Below are positions 12,331-26,618 of a DNA stretch of 64,000 nt, one piece after another (the first letter of the stretch is position 1; each line of letters starts with the position of its first letter). A program made the position numbers and the translations under genes. A model generated the notes under the pieces. That model saw only the letters and a list, made by a program, of their open reading frames with translations, was not told the origin of the DNA and searched no databases. The stretch spans positions 124,001 to 188,000 of the forward strand of contig CAXHJY010000462.1 in assembly GCA_964016885.1 (NCBI GenBank), written 5' to 3'. The stretch comes from Eledone cirrhosa (lineage: Eukaryota).

Positions 12331-12594
12331 TGAACACGTCAAAGCGAACACGTCAAAGGGTTATTATGCAATCACTTTGACGTCTTCGAAATATGTATAA
12401 CAGGATTATAAATAGAGGATGTACATTTAAAACGGTCTCTCTTCTTTATAATATTGACACTCCGTTTGATATCTTAAGGGACAGATGTAGACTGCTTTAT
12501 AAATCTAAATATATAAATATGTGTGTGAATTTACATACATTTATATACATACATAAACATGTGGGTGCATATATATATATATATATACATGTGG

Positions 12595-12647
<53 letters not shown>

Positions 12648-12734
12648 GGTGAGGAATGTGTGTAAATGTGTGTATACATTTATATTTATGCACACCATAG
12701 GTTGGGTGTGAATTTATGTTTTATTTAACACAAC

Positions 12735-12833
12735 TAATAATTGTTTCTACTTTTGTCAAAGAGCCAGCAAATTACCCAGTCTATTACTGGTACTTTATTT
12801 TATCGACCCCGTAAGGATGAAAGGCAAAGTCAA
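12735..12833 (-). mobile_element. SINE family A, 5'-truncated
   Basis: 3' ~100 bp of the family sequence. Confidence 0.85.
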
Positions 12834-13242
12834 CAATAATGCATGCAATTTTGTTGAAGGAATCGTTAAACAAAATCTGTAGGGTGGAATTTGACGTGTT
12901 TTTACTGCACTTTCTAGCATATTGACTAACCAAATAAATACATTAATTTTTTGGCTTGCATATTCCATCGTATTTACTTTTTCTGATCAAGGTAAAGGAA
13001 ATAACTAAGTAGATATTTTCCTGCATCTAGTTCGATACAACTGCAAGTAAAATTTCCAATGACCACAGGTCGATACATATTGATAAAGATGTATCTGAGA
13101 TTGTTCCTAACAAAATCCATAATGGTAATAATTTGAAAGGAATTGAATAAATTGAATTGACATAGAATGCTAAATATGTTTATAAACTTATAGTTACAGC
13201 AATGTAACTCACATACGGATTCCTCTTTTAATGGCGGCGTTA

Positions 13243-13306
<64 letters not shown>

Positions 13307-14749
13307 TTTGTGTGTGTGAGAGTGTGTATATCTGTGTGTATGCGTCTCTGTCTGTGTATAGTGAAGGAGCGACTCTTAGGCAGATGATAATAATAATTAT
13401 CGATTACTATACTGTATATAATAGTTGAGTAAATCGGCTAAAATATCGTTGAAGACGAGAAAAGGTCAACAAGAGCGCTTGCGAGGATTTGAACCTAGCA
13501 TATATTGGCTTTTAAATAAGATTTGTAGGATAGAGCAAAACATCCTCATACTCGACCGGCGCCATTTGCCTAAATTGAATATAATTCAACTCGCCATTCG
13601 AGCATATCCTTAGCTAATTTTTCTCAATTATTTATTTAATAGTTGCTTAAAACTAATTATTTTACTTTAGAAATTATAATAAATTTAAACAGAGAACAGG
13701 AATTTAAATAGTGAAAGTTAGAGGAAAATAAAGAAATACAAATGAAGAAACATACATAGTTAGAAAACATGATAGAAAATATATATGACAAGAAGAAATT
13801 TAACAATAAAACAATTAGTTGAATAATTTCAACAAACATGTCTATTTACTACGATGCTGGAATGTTTTATAAAGACGATCTTGATTACAATATCAGACCT
13901 GTCTCTATTGTTTATATTTTCAAGAAACTGTGCTATGCTTTAAAGATATTAAAAACCCGTGTTATCTGTATAAATCTAGGTGTATAATATGAATTTATAG
14001 AGAGATGATTAACTAATTAATTAGACCCACAAACCTGACACGCTGATTAATTCAAGTTATTTCTAACCAAGCCTTAATGATAGTAAAATGGGCTACTATG
14101 GTAATCAAATATGTAAATTGAAAAACCTTTATTGGTTCCAAAACTGGAACGACTGGCGAGCCACTGGAAAAATAGTTACTCGTTTAACTTGGTATCATAT
14201 CACAGTATAGATAAAATGATCCATAATATAACCCTTTAGATACAGTTTCCAGTAGAATTTCCAGTATGTACTAGTCATGTTTTCTATTAATGTAAATTGT
14301 GATGGCTTGCTAGGACTCTCACGGAAGCAGTATCCAACTGATTGAAGCAGAGTTCCCCTACCGTTGACCTGATAACTGGTTTCTCCGCTAGGCGAAAATG
14401 CATTGAAAACTGATACGACTATCGCAATTCCTGCTTCCCAAATGGATCTCTGCGTAACCCTGCTAGGGTAGTGTGCTAGAGTAACCTAATATTTGGTCAA
14501 GGACAATATATATTCAATATATTCGCTGCTAACCTACAGATTTGACAGTTTTAAGGGTGTTATCTTGTCCACAACACACTGAAGGATGTTTTTGAAGATG
14601 ACACTGGTTTGGAGGTAAATGAATAGTCCATGGCAATGCTGGAGATTGTGAGTAAGAAGTCAACCTCCTTCATGGCATTTAACAAAAAGAAAATTTCCAG
14701 TAACATAGTTATAGTCCATTCACACGGATTATAATCATTGACTGATATA

Positions 14750-15068
14750 TTAATACATGGGCGTGGAGGCCGAAATGGGGTTCCTCAGATGGGTCTTTGA
14801 AGTAACATTACTCAATATAGAGCGTAGCTTGGGCACCAGAGAGTCACTCCAACAAGAATCGCAGGATAGATTTTACGGGCTAAACCAGGGGTAGACGCCG
14901 AGCACGATGGTTGGATAACATCCATGAGCTAGGTTGGTCTCGATTGGGGATCCAACCAGATCAGTTGGAGACGGTTGCTTCTGACAGAACCCGCTGAAAG
15001 GGAGTGTTTGAGAACTCTACCACCACACGGCCCACTCAGGAATAAGTGGGCGAAGAAGAAGAAGAAGA
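14750..15068 (+). mobile_element. RTE family B 3' fragment with (GAA)n tail
   Basis: GCCGAAATGGGGTTCCTC..; ends GTGGGCGAAGAAGAAG, like the copy at 8251. Confidence 0.7.
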
Positions 15069-15074
15069 AATGTG

Positions 15075-15390
15075 TGGATGCAGTATGCTCGTGTGATAAT
15101 GACGTCCGAATCGCAACCACCAATTATCGTGTTTGACCCACTGCGTGGATCATCACATATGTGAGAAAAATTGTCTATGTAAAACCTTTTTAGAAGACCG
15201 TCAAATGGACTGTACCTACAATTCAAAGAGCCTGTCTTGCAATACATTTGGTCACGTTGAATTTCCCTGAGAAGTATGTTAAGTATACACGGGTCGGTGA
15301 AACTCTCAGTCAATTGCACGTTAATTTCATAAGCAAGATGTACCTTTCATCCAAGAAATGAAATACTCACCGTCAAAGCCCGACGAACAT
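15075..15390 (+). mobile_element. Old SINE, family B
   Basis: AATTCAAAGAG..TGAATTTCCCTGAGAA..CACGTTAATTTCA core shared with 41960-42255 (+) and 51570-51760 (-). Confidence 0.6.
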
Positions 15391-15605
15391 CTATTAAATA
15401 AGCATCTATTAAATAAGCCAAACATCTATTAAATAAGCCAAACCTCCAATAGTAGCTGACAAAAAAAGGAAATAAGCAGGAGCCATAGCTCTCTCATTTG
15501 TTGGTTGTTGTGTTTGTATAGGTCTTAATGCCACAGTTACTCCGGTGGTTATACAGAGAATAAACTCGATATACAATTTTTTTACGTTAATACATACACA
15601 CACAC

Positions 15606-15688
<83 letters not shown>

Positions 15689-15690
<2 letters not shown>

Positions 15691-15958
15691 TAGAACGGGT
15701 ATTTAATTTGTTGGAAGTCCAACAAATATAAATGTTTATGACTGATTTAGAGCACACAACAGTTTACTGGAGTAAATATTCAATGATATCCAGTGAATTT
15801 CCAACCGATAAGGTATGATTTTCATGGGTATGTCTCTATTTATAAAACAAACTTTGTATTTTATCCGATGAAAGCGTATCAATGTATCTTGGTACACTTG
15901 AAATATATATAATAAAATAAATATGGTTTTACAAGTATAGTTTCCATTTATTTAATAT

Positions 15959-15965
<7 letters not shown>
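15689..15965. mobile_element. Family F1 copy: inverted extension plus plus-strand hammerhead (15858-15918, core CCGATGA)
   Basis: 15689-15790 resembles 5829-5925; 15840-15965 resembles 6325-6445; (TA)n on both sides. Confidence 0.75.
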
Positions 15966-16037
<72 letters not shown>

Positions 16038-16040
<3 letters not shown>

Positions 16041-16230
16041 AGAGGTGTTGGCATTAACCGGTATATAAATATATATAGATGGCTTATACAGGACTAGAGC
16101 TGTTTCATTCGGAGGAATTCATCAGGAAATTCAGGGCTTTCCTGATGATTTCCTCCGAATGAAACCGCTCTAGTCCAGTAGAAGCCATTTCTATGTTAAA
16201 TATTTATATTCTGCTATGTATTGAGTACCT
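16038..16230. ncRNA. Family F2 hairpin with two opposed hammerheads (cores 16119-16125 minus, 16142-16148 plus)
   Basis: Minus: CTGATGA-ATTC-CTCC-GAAT-GAAA-CAGCTCTAG-TC. Plus: CTGATGA-TTTCCTCCGAAT-GAAA-CCGCTCTAG-TC. Confidence 0.75.
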
Positions 16231-16326
16231 CACTTACTGTGGTTATGGCCGCTTGAACCTGGGATACACGCATATATATATATATATGTGTGTGTGTGCG
16301 TGTGTGTATGTGTGTGTGTGTGTGTA

Positions 16327-16362
<36 letters not shown>

Positions 16363-16701
16363 AAACGTATTAAATGTGTGTGTGTTCGTGTGTGCGTTTG
16401 TGCCCGTGTGAAAATGTATGCATGTGTTTGTGTATACGTGTCCTTCTGTGTTGTCGTGTGTACGTGTGTTTGTGCCTTGGCCTGTTTACATGAAATAGAT
16501 ACGGTTATGGAGAAGAACACTTTGCAATCGAAGTGATGGCCATTCCTAGACTGCATATAGCACATGAGAAGAAGGGAAAATAACGAAAGAACGAAATAAA
16601 ATGTCAAACACTTCCTCATCCTTTCTTATCTTTCTTTCTCTTCATAATTCTTCCTCGTATTTTCTTACTGTCTTTCGATCATTCTCCCTCTCTCTGTCTC
16701 T

Positions 16702-16792
<91 letters not shown>

Positions 16793-16808
16793 CTCCCTCT
16801 CTCTGTCC

Positions 16809-17403
<595 letters not shown>

Positions 17404-18460
17404 AATACCCTTTCTGTCTTACCCACCTATTTCTCTATATCTCTCCACCGCATATTCTCTCTCGCTCAATCTATGTATCTTTCTGTTTCTCTCTTTCTTT
17501 TTTCTTTCTCTTTCTCTTTCTCTTTCTCTTTCTCTTTCTCTTTCTCTTTCTCCCTCTATCTTCTTGTCTCTCTCCCAGTGATAGTCTCTATCACTGTTTC
17601 TATCTCCACTCTCGTTCTACCTCTGAGAGAACAGAGGAAAACAGCAAAAGATGTATAGATAGATTATCTTGAAGAAAAATAAAACGAGGAAAATGGGAAA
17701 GAATTTCAAACGACAATGAAAGATTTTATTCCTTGTAAGTAAAAAAAAAAAGTCTTATGAAAAAGAAACAGAACGAAGAACAACAACCGCAGGAGAAGCA
17801 GCAGCAAAGACACTGTTGTAAGTATTATCATTACTAGAGGTATAGCAGCAGTTGTATCATCAACATCAGCAGCAGCAGCAGAAGCAAAGACACCGTTGTT
17901 AGTAATATCATTTCTAGAAAAAAACAGTAGCAGCAGTAGTGGTAGTAGTGGTAGCAGTAGCAGCAGTTGTTGCAGTTTGCTATCAAAAGAAACATTGGTA
18001 GAAGCAGCAAATGTCGGCTGCTGATCACAAGATTTGTTGATATTTGTGTGAAGAAGCCATCACCACGTCAAACAAACACCGTTTGATTCTGAATTCATAG
18101 CTGCCATGACTGTCTACATTAGTTCTGTTCCCCGAAATTGAATTTTAAACCGTTCATTACCATATATCTTTTTATTATTTTTTTCAAATCCATTTGAATA
18201 TAGTTAAGAATTTTGGGTGGGGATATTTAGAATGATAACTAACTCTCTAATTACTAAACTAGGGATTGCGACAGTACATAACTTGACATGAAATTATGTT
18301 TGAAGGAGTTTATATAAATATAAACATATTTAACTCCTTCGTTAATATATATAGGAAGAAAGACACCTCTATAAATTCAAAATAATTGTGTAAATAATTA
18401 AGAGTTTGGCGGGATATAATAAGATAATTGAAAGTCTTATTAATGTTATTTGGAACATAA

Positions 18461-18656
18461 GTAATAATTGTTTCTATTTTTGGCACAAGGCCAGCATTTA
18501 CCCAGTGCATTACTGGTACTTTATTTTATCGACCCCGTAAGGAAGAAAGGCAAAGTTAACCTCGGTGGGATTTGAACTGAGAATGGCAAGGTCCGTAACT
18601 CTATGCGTCAAAGCATGGCTTCCGACCCTCTACCAATACTGCTAATCCACCGCCCT
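18461..18656 (-). mobile_element. SINE family A, full length, 15-bp TSD
   Basis: AACATAAGTAATAAT at 18454-18468 and 18659-18673. Confidence 0.92.
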
Positions 18657-19084
18657 TAAACATAAGTAATAATGCCTGTTAAGTTATGTTGGAATGTTTA
18701 TATAAACACTTTAAAATAAATAGTTATTTACCATATTTTCCAACATTTTCGCATCAAACGTGTTAAAAGAATTGAGTTGGATTTCACTTGAGAGATTTGT
18801 AAATATAACGAATACATGTATGCAGAACCGGCGGCAATGTATGTACAGTGCCATTCACCCATTTATGTACCAATTCTCAAAGACATATTTTTTTTTTTAA
18901 TCAACTTAGTGTGCCGACGAACTTAGTTTTTCGATATATCTTGCTCTGGCCACACAACAGTTACGAAGCCCGCATTTTCGATATCAGAGTTCACACTCAC
19001 CTGCACCAAATCAATTTACAAGTCATTCATAACACCATGCGATACACTATACATCATTGCTATGAGACAAACTATTTAGATATT

Positions 19085-19278
19085 AATATAATTGTTTCTA
19101 CTTTTTTGCACAAGGCCAGCAATTACCCAGAGTATTACTGGTACTTTATTTTATCGACCCTGTAAGGATGAAAGGCAAAGTCAACCTCGGCGGGATTTGA
19201 ACTCAGATCGTAAAGGGACGTAACTATGCTGGAAAGCATGGTGTCTGACCCTCTACCGATACTGCCAATCCACCGCCC
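19085..19278 (-). mobile_element. SINE family A, full length, 12-bp TSD
   Basis: GATATTAATATA at 19079-19090 and 19284-19295. Confidence 0.92.
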
Positions 19279-19944
19279 AGAATGATATTAATATAGTAAG
19301 TGCTGAAAATAAATATATATTTTTATTTTAATCCTATAAATCTGTATAAAATTGTAGCTCTCTTGAAAAAAGACTTTGAAAACATTTCTCTAAGACGTAG
19401 GTCCTGCATGACAGCCTAATTGGCCTTAATGGTAACGCCGATCGGGCATGAATGCATGGAGTGCAATTGATCTGATATTAAGAAATCCTACTCAGGTATA
19501 TGTATTGAAGATGATCTTTACAATGTAAGGAAGTACGGGTGATGTATGGACGAATATTTATAGAGGTTTATTCAAACACACACACATACACACATATATG
19601 TATGTATATATATATATGACAGATTCATGTCACAGATCACTCTATGCTTGAAGAAACCTAAGAGATTTGGTCCAGTGCAGATGTTATAAATTTAACACAT
19701 TCTATGTCCAGCTGCCCCCATTACAAATAAAGTATAGTATACACTCTGGATGCATTGTTGGCGTGTTCTTACGGTCAAATCTGGTCTCATTGAGTGTGTA
19801 ATGAGTGCAGCCGGGGTCATAATAAATATGATTTATATGGCTTCAATAACCTATATATATACATATATATATATCTTCTTTTTCTTCCGCTTCTCCTCCA
19901 CCTCCACCTCCTCCTCATTCTCCTCCTCCTCCTCCTCCTCCTTT

Positions 19945-21850
19945 TTCTTCTTCTTCTTCTTCTTCTTCTTCTTCTTCTTCTTCTTCTTCTTCTTCTTCTT
20001 CTTCTTCTTCTTCGTCCAATTATTTCTGAAAGTTTCGTGGAGGCAGATCCTCACACACTCCTTCCAGTGGGTCATCTTAGAAGCAAACACCTCGAGGCGA
20101 GAACAGCCAAACTCCTGGATGTTATCCATCCATCTTGCTCGGTGTCTACTCCTGGGTCCCCTGCCATTCGGTTTTACCTGTGAAATCTGTCCAGGAATTC
20201 TATCTTGATACATTCTAACCACATGCCCTTAGTATCGGAGCTGTGATCTCTCAATTCGGAGAAGTAGCGTCTCTACCTAGAGTGTCTCTCTGATCTCCGA
20301 GCTACACACTCTGTGGAGTAGGGTTACCCCAAAGACCCTTCGGAAGAGCCCCATTTCGGCCACTTGTATTCGCAATCATATTCTTTCGGTCATTACCCAT
20401 GATTCTTGACCACAGGTAAGGTTTAACACGAATACCGAATTGAAGATAGTGAGTTTGGACTTTACGACTACCTCCCTTATTTTGATTACTGAAAGCTGAA
20501 GCTGGCTCGTTACTGCACCAGCTCCTGCAATTCGTGCATTTAATTTTGCCTTCTGTCTTACATCACTCATGAACACGAACCTAATAGATTTGAAATTCTC
20601 TACCGGCTGCGATGGAGCTCCATTTATATGTAGAGTGCACTGCACAGTCTTCTCTGAGAGGAAGGGTGTCTTAATTTTCGAAGCACTGAGTTTTATTCCA
20701 GCCATGCAGCCCTTGGCATCAAACCTATTGAGTGCAATTGGGAGAACATCTTGTCATGTTACGTAACACTATGTCGTCTGAAAATTCTAGCCGACTGATT
20801 TTACACTCGCTAGTAATTATATCGCTTCCAATCCGGCTGCGCATGTCAATCCCTGTTCTGTTCATATAAATGAACCGGAGAAATGACGGCAAGCACCCTT
20901 CGTGGTGTCCGATTCTTACATTGAATGGTTTCGATTGAGCACCATTTATCCAAACACAAATACTTGGTCATTCATTTTGAGACATCAGGTCAGCAAGAAG
21001 CTGACAATCGATCCCATACACCGGCTGACCCTTCCACAACAGGTCCCGAGGAACGCAGTTATATGCCTTTCCAAGGTCGACAAAACAAGAATACTGCCAC
21101 GATTTCTCGAAGACCTGCCGTAGGGTGAATATTTGGTTGGATGTTCTGCATCCGGGGTGAAAACGGCACTGTTCATCAGTTAGCTTCGACTCGACAATCT
21201 CCCTACAGCTCTTTGCCAGACACTTAGCATAGACTTTACCGGAGAGGTTTGAGAAGGAGTGCTCTTGTCTCTCTATTTGAAAATTGGCCTTATAACTCCG
21301 GATTGCCATTGCATAGGTGCCTTTCAAGAAGATACAGGCCACCCGACACAGACGAATCAGCCAGAGAATGCCTTCTCAGTTTATATCTCGGGTCGGATTT
21401 CATCTTCCCCAGTGACCTTGCAACTTCTGTGTTCTTGAGCTGCTCTTGTGACCTCAGCCTCTGAGCGTTTTGTCACCACTCCCAGATATACCTCGTGTAC
21501 GTCAGGATCTGCTGTTGTGATCGCGTTTATGAGATCAGCAAAGTATTTTCTCCATCTCATAAGCATGCACCTCTCTGATGACAGCTTAACCGCAAAGTCA
21601 TCCATGTCTTAACTGTGGGCGCCTTTACAGCCTCTACTGCGATTATTCGTTCTTACATATACCGCAAGTGCAAGAACGAGTACTTATTTCCAAACTAAGC
21701 TTTGTAAGCATTTTTCTTTTTTGATCTCTTGATAGAACCAAATTTTCCACTAGGCTTCCGGGGCCACACCACGCTTCTTTCGCCCACATCGTTTAACAGC
21801 TCTAGCAGAAACAATCTCCATTCTGTAACAAATCCCTCAGTTTACTCAGG
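19945..21850 (-). mobile_element. RTE family B LINE, 5'-truncated, disrupted RT, (GAA)n tail
   Basis: GEDEIRPE, LSGKVYAKCL, QIFTLRQVFEKSW..FVDLGKAY, LTCGQESWVMTERI, GPRSRHRARWMDNI. Confidence 0.9.
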
Positions 21851-21859
21851 GAGTTATTT

Positions 21860-24250
21860 GAGATCCAGAAAGAAGCAAAAAAAGGAATACGTGAACTTGA
21901 ACTGCAAAATGTGGATTGGAGTGAGCTAGCTGGACGAGAGCGAAACCCCCTGGATTAGATGGACTGCCCTACGAGCTTTACACAAACATAGACTTGTCAG
22001 AAACATCCTAGCTGACGCCTACGCCCTACATGTAGTAGAACGAGAGAATTCCCAGTTCTGTAAGTCGAGGGGTGGTAATGCTGCTGAGAAAGGACCCCCA
22101 AAAGGGGTGGTCCATATAAACAATTTCAGGCCCGTAACTCTTCTGAATGCAAAGATTAAAATTGTGTCCAATGTTTTATGGACGAGGTTGGGGCTTCACA
22201 TCATAGAGAGGGTGGTTAAGGAGTCTGGCGTGGATGGGTCCCTGAACAATTTATATCAATCAAAGGCTTTCGATAGGGTCGACCATCGCTACCTCAGGGC
22301 CATTCTCAATGCAGCTGGCTTTGGACCAGTTTTCAAGGCAAGGATCATTGCATTGCGCAGCGACATCCGCTATGTCGTTAAAATGAACGGTCACTTCATT
22401 TCAGGCCTGAAATATCAGGCCTGGAGGTGCTACCAAGATTTGCCAGTTCTAGATAAACTCTACAGGCATGGAAGTATCATCAGCTGGTTCTGTCCTTTCG
22501 GAATTATTCAATACCATGCTCTCTGTCCACCATAATTGTCCCCTCTCATACCTTTTGTATGTATTGAAACTTGAGCCATTGTTACACAAATTGGAGACAT
22601 TGAGAGGCAGCACGCCAGAACTAGGATGTGGGAGATCCATTTCACCATATGCTAATGACTTCCCCGTAGTGGTGTCGAACACCAAACACATTGAGATGAT
22701 AGGCACCATTCTCAGGGAGTACGAAGCGGTAACAGGAGCAAACATTAAGCAGGAAATGTCGATGGACCTACAGCTCGACACCTGGAGAGGCATAACCCTG
22801 CCGTTCAACAGCATCATCGTGTGCAGGACGGATGGACCGGTTAAATTACTCGGAATCTAGTTGGCCCAGACGGCCAAATCAACAAAACCCGGGACGAGGT
22901 AACGTGCAAGGTGATCTCACTCACCTTGAAATGGGCCGAGAGGAAGCTAACCTTGAATGGCTGGGCAGAGGTGGCGATCGTATACATCATGCCCGTATCT
23001 ACTACAGCCAGGCCATCGTGCTTTATACTATCCGATGCTTGACTGCACTGCAACGTCCACTATTTCGCTTTTTGTCGAAGGATCAGGTTCCGTTTGCCAT
23101 GCGGTCCATCTGCTGTTACATCCGCTATCTGGAAAATTCTATATGCAGTGGCTGGTGATAAGTAAAAATGCTTTCATGCTATGACATGTACAACTTTTTC
23201 TTGATGGTGAGCATGTGTGGTCACCTTTCGCTACACGCGTTTTCCCCCGCTCGTCTCGTTTACAGTACTGCAGTGTTGGGTAAAACAAAGACCGAGAAGG
23301 AGGCTGGAATGTCTTCAAGCGCTGACAGTCCACAATCAATCGGGCAGTACCATCGGTGGACACTCCACCATAGCGTTCTATAGAGTGTAATAGGCAAAAA
23401 TAATACGACTATTTTCTTGGGGAGACTCTAGGCGTTGACGAAAATCAACTAGCCACTCATTTCCAGAGGACTTTCGGTCCAGGAAACATCGACAGCTTCC
23501 AGAAATATCAGGCCTGGAGGTGCTACCGAGCAGCTTTGCCAGTTCTAGATAAACTCTACAGACATGGCAGTATTGTCAGCTGGGTCTGTCCGAAGTCCGC
23601 GCATGGCGTCGAAAAGAAAATGTCCTGCATGCTGAGTATTGCTGACCTGCGGGTTTATATCGAGCACCTTCTGTCGCGTGTAGGCCGTATCCGACTACTA
23701 ACTGAGTCCATGTGAAGATCGCCCGCCGTCTTTCTTTAGAGGAAAAGAACAGACAGTTTGTATCTGCCTGGAGACTATAGCGAAAGAGGTCGTGTGGTAG
23801 ATGCGCTTGAAAGTGTTGAATGCATCCACGTTCCTCTTCGCAGAAACGCTGATTAACATTTTCAGGTTTCCTTGAAACTTGAAAAGGAAAATAAGTGTGG
23901 TGAGGTAAGTGCTGCCTTCCAACCAGTTTGTTGAAAGGTGGTTGAGAGTCGTGAACATGATCCGTGTGAATGGGCCTGCCTTGAGCATATGCCTGTAGAT
24001 TGGAGGAGGACAACTAGGAGAGGGCACTTTGCCATAGTGGATTGGTTGACAGTGGCTTTTGTGGCTTCAGTGAACATTCAAGTCTTCTCACCTTTGGGGA
24101 ATTTGTTATGTTTGTTTTTTAAATGTTTATTTTTTTATTTCATATATTTTATTTTACACAAAAAAAACACACTTAATCATCCTCTACCGTCTTTGATGTT
24201 TCCTTATTGTGAACTCTGTGTTGCTAATAAAGTAATTATTATTACTATTA
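21860..24250 (+). mobile_element. L1/Tx1-type LINE, 5'-truncated, disrupted
   Basis: GLDGLPYELY, NNFRPVTLLN, QSKAFDRVDHRYL, CPLSYLLYVLKLEPLL, YAND; homologous to 53772-55209; ends AATAAAGTAATTATTATT. Confidence 0.9.
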
Positions 24251-24980
24251 CACTCAGTATGGACAAAATCATTCATACATTTGTTAATTTACTTACACGT
24301 CAGTGGCGCGTTGAGATTGTGGTTAATGTAGTTTGTTTAGTAACGATTTCCATTAAAAATGTGTTGACCGTAGACGGGTCATCCTAGCTTGACACAAATT
24401 CCGATCATTATTTAACGACACAGATCCCCCCCCCCCGCCTCCAGTTGACCGGTCATAGCCTTCACTTCTCTTTTATGAATTCCAAACTACCTTACAAAAA
24501 AAAAATCTATGATGGTACAGCTAAACACACACCCTTTCCAACACACCCTCACCCATACATAAATAATCAACACAAGTAAAAATAAAGGCACATATGCACA
24601 GTGAAATATGTATATATATATACCCCTTTGATTAGCCCTGCCAAAGCACTCAAATACTTACATATACGCCCTAATACACGAAACAAAATAAGGCCGATGT
24701 TTATATATAAACATCATCACTCAAATCACAACAAACACTTCATTTTCTGTTGAATTGCCAGTCTGAAGTGCAGTTCGATAATGTATTCGGGGCCATAACG
24801 TCTATGGGGGACCCACAGTCAATCATCTGCGAAATTTCTGTAACAGGTCGATACACAATAAAAAAAAAACTAACTATATATAGACAAAAAGTGATCCCGT
24901 TTCTTAATATAAACATTCTGCCTGGGAATCAAGTGCTAATTTTGGTACCTCCATCAGTAATTCGATGAATCACATACACC

Positions 24981-25030
<50 letters not shown>

Positions 25031-25619
25031 GGAGAGAGAGAAACAGAGAGACAGAGAGAAGGGGCGAGAGGGTGTGGTAAGATACCAGGTGGACCATAAC
25101 GCACCAGAGTACTTGATACTTGGGATAGTAGAGTGGGTAATATGAAAAGATTCAAGACCCTGACGGCCGAGCTCTGGCCATTTCGACAGTTAGATCTAGT
25201 TGTCGAAACGCCCTGAATATTTTCATATATATATATATATATTTATATATATCCAAATGGACGAAGCTGGTACGATGTGTGTATTTTTAGAAAATACAGC
25301 ACGTGTTACTGGCCAGTCGCTGATTTGAATTTGATGTGTAAACACAGATGGTTGGAACTCCTCCTTGTTGAAAATCCAGGATCTGGCTATTGTCGTTTAC
25401 CAATCGATTAATTGGTGAAATATATTTCTTTAAAGGAATATATACAAGGAAGATTAATCAATTTATAAGGTATCTATTTTTGAAGTTCTATATAAACTTT
25501 ATTTAGTTACCTACCTAGCTATGTGTGTTACACACTTTTACAAATTATCCCCTGTGATTGTTTCATATGTTTATTTTAGATACATTTATGTCAATCAATT
25601 TCTAGTTGATATTTATATT

Positions 25620-25752
<133 letters not shown>

Positions 25753-26430
25753 TTATCTTCATGTATACAAACCTAGACTAGTCATCAAACACAACACTCA
25801 AAATACATATATCCATAGGACTAGAATTTTACTGTTTGTAAACATAGCAAAGATATATCATGCAGCGTTAGACTTGATATAACCTTTGAGAAAAACAAAA
25901 TGAACGATAGAACAAAAATAAATCATGAAATGTTGTTGCCTAATGACGATAATAATTACGAATATAATGTTATACTCTAATAGTGGAATATTGTCTCCAA
26001 CTGTTGCGTCATTTGTTAGATGGGGTGTAATGTCTGGTGTAGAGTTTATACATCTGATGAAACAGTGGGGAGCATACACACATATACACACAGACACACA
26101 TATATATGTGTGTGTTTGTGTGTGCGTGCGTATTTGTGTGTTTATGTGTTTGTGTGTACACAAACGCGTATGTCAAGTTACTCTTGAGTGCTACTGGTAA
26201 CATGTAAATCAGTACAACTTGTCGCATGTTCGGGTCGTCGGCAACTAAACTGGCAACCCCACAAAGTTTACTTGGAGAGGAGGGTGATTCTGGACACCCT
26301 GCAGCATAAAAAAACAAAATCTGACAAAGGGCGGAAGAACTGATAAGAGTCAACGGCCTTCCAAAAATGTGTAAACATGTATATACACATGTATATATGT
26401 ATGTGTATGTATATACGTGTGTATATGCCT

Positions 26431-26618
26431 GGGGTGTCAGGGAGGGGCATGTACCTCTGTAGAGGGGGGGATATCCATGCCCTTTTCATACAGCTCGTCC
26501 TGCATTGGGTCCCACCTGACACTCAGCTCTTACCTGTGGCTCCAAGAAGCTGTAGCATGCAACAGCTGCCACACCCTGGTAAACCGCCTTGGCTGGCGGG
26601 CCGAACGAAGTTGAGGGT
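26431..26618 (+). ncRNA. HDV-like ribozyme fold at the RTE 5' end
   Basis: P1 GGGGTGT (26431-37)/ACACCCT (26571-77) with a G-U first pair; P3 GGC/GCC; L3 starts TCC; GG after P1 (P1.1); P4 CCGCC/GGCGG; J4/2 GCCGAA; imperfect P2 CTCTTACCT/AAGTTGAGGG. Confidence 0.7.

Noticed and set aside
19001-19059. Minus-strand exon with a perfect CAG|GTGAGT donor
   Set aside because: All three frames contain stops; at most a non-coding exon, with no support.
24770-24846. Protein-like stretch SEVQFDNVFGAITSMGDPQSIICEISV after an AG
   Set aside because: No good donor site and no recognisable homology.
25165-25215. Hairpin TTTCGACAG..TTGTCGAAAC as a hammerhead
   Set aside because: There is no CTGANGA core at the required position.
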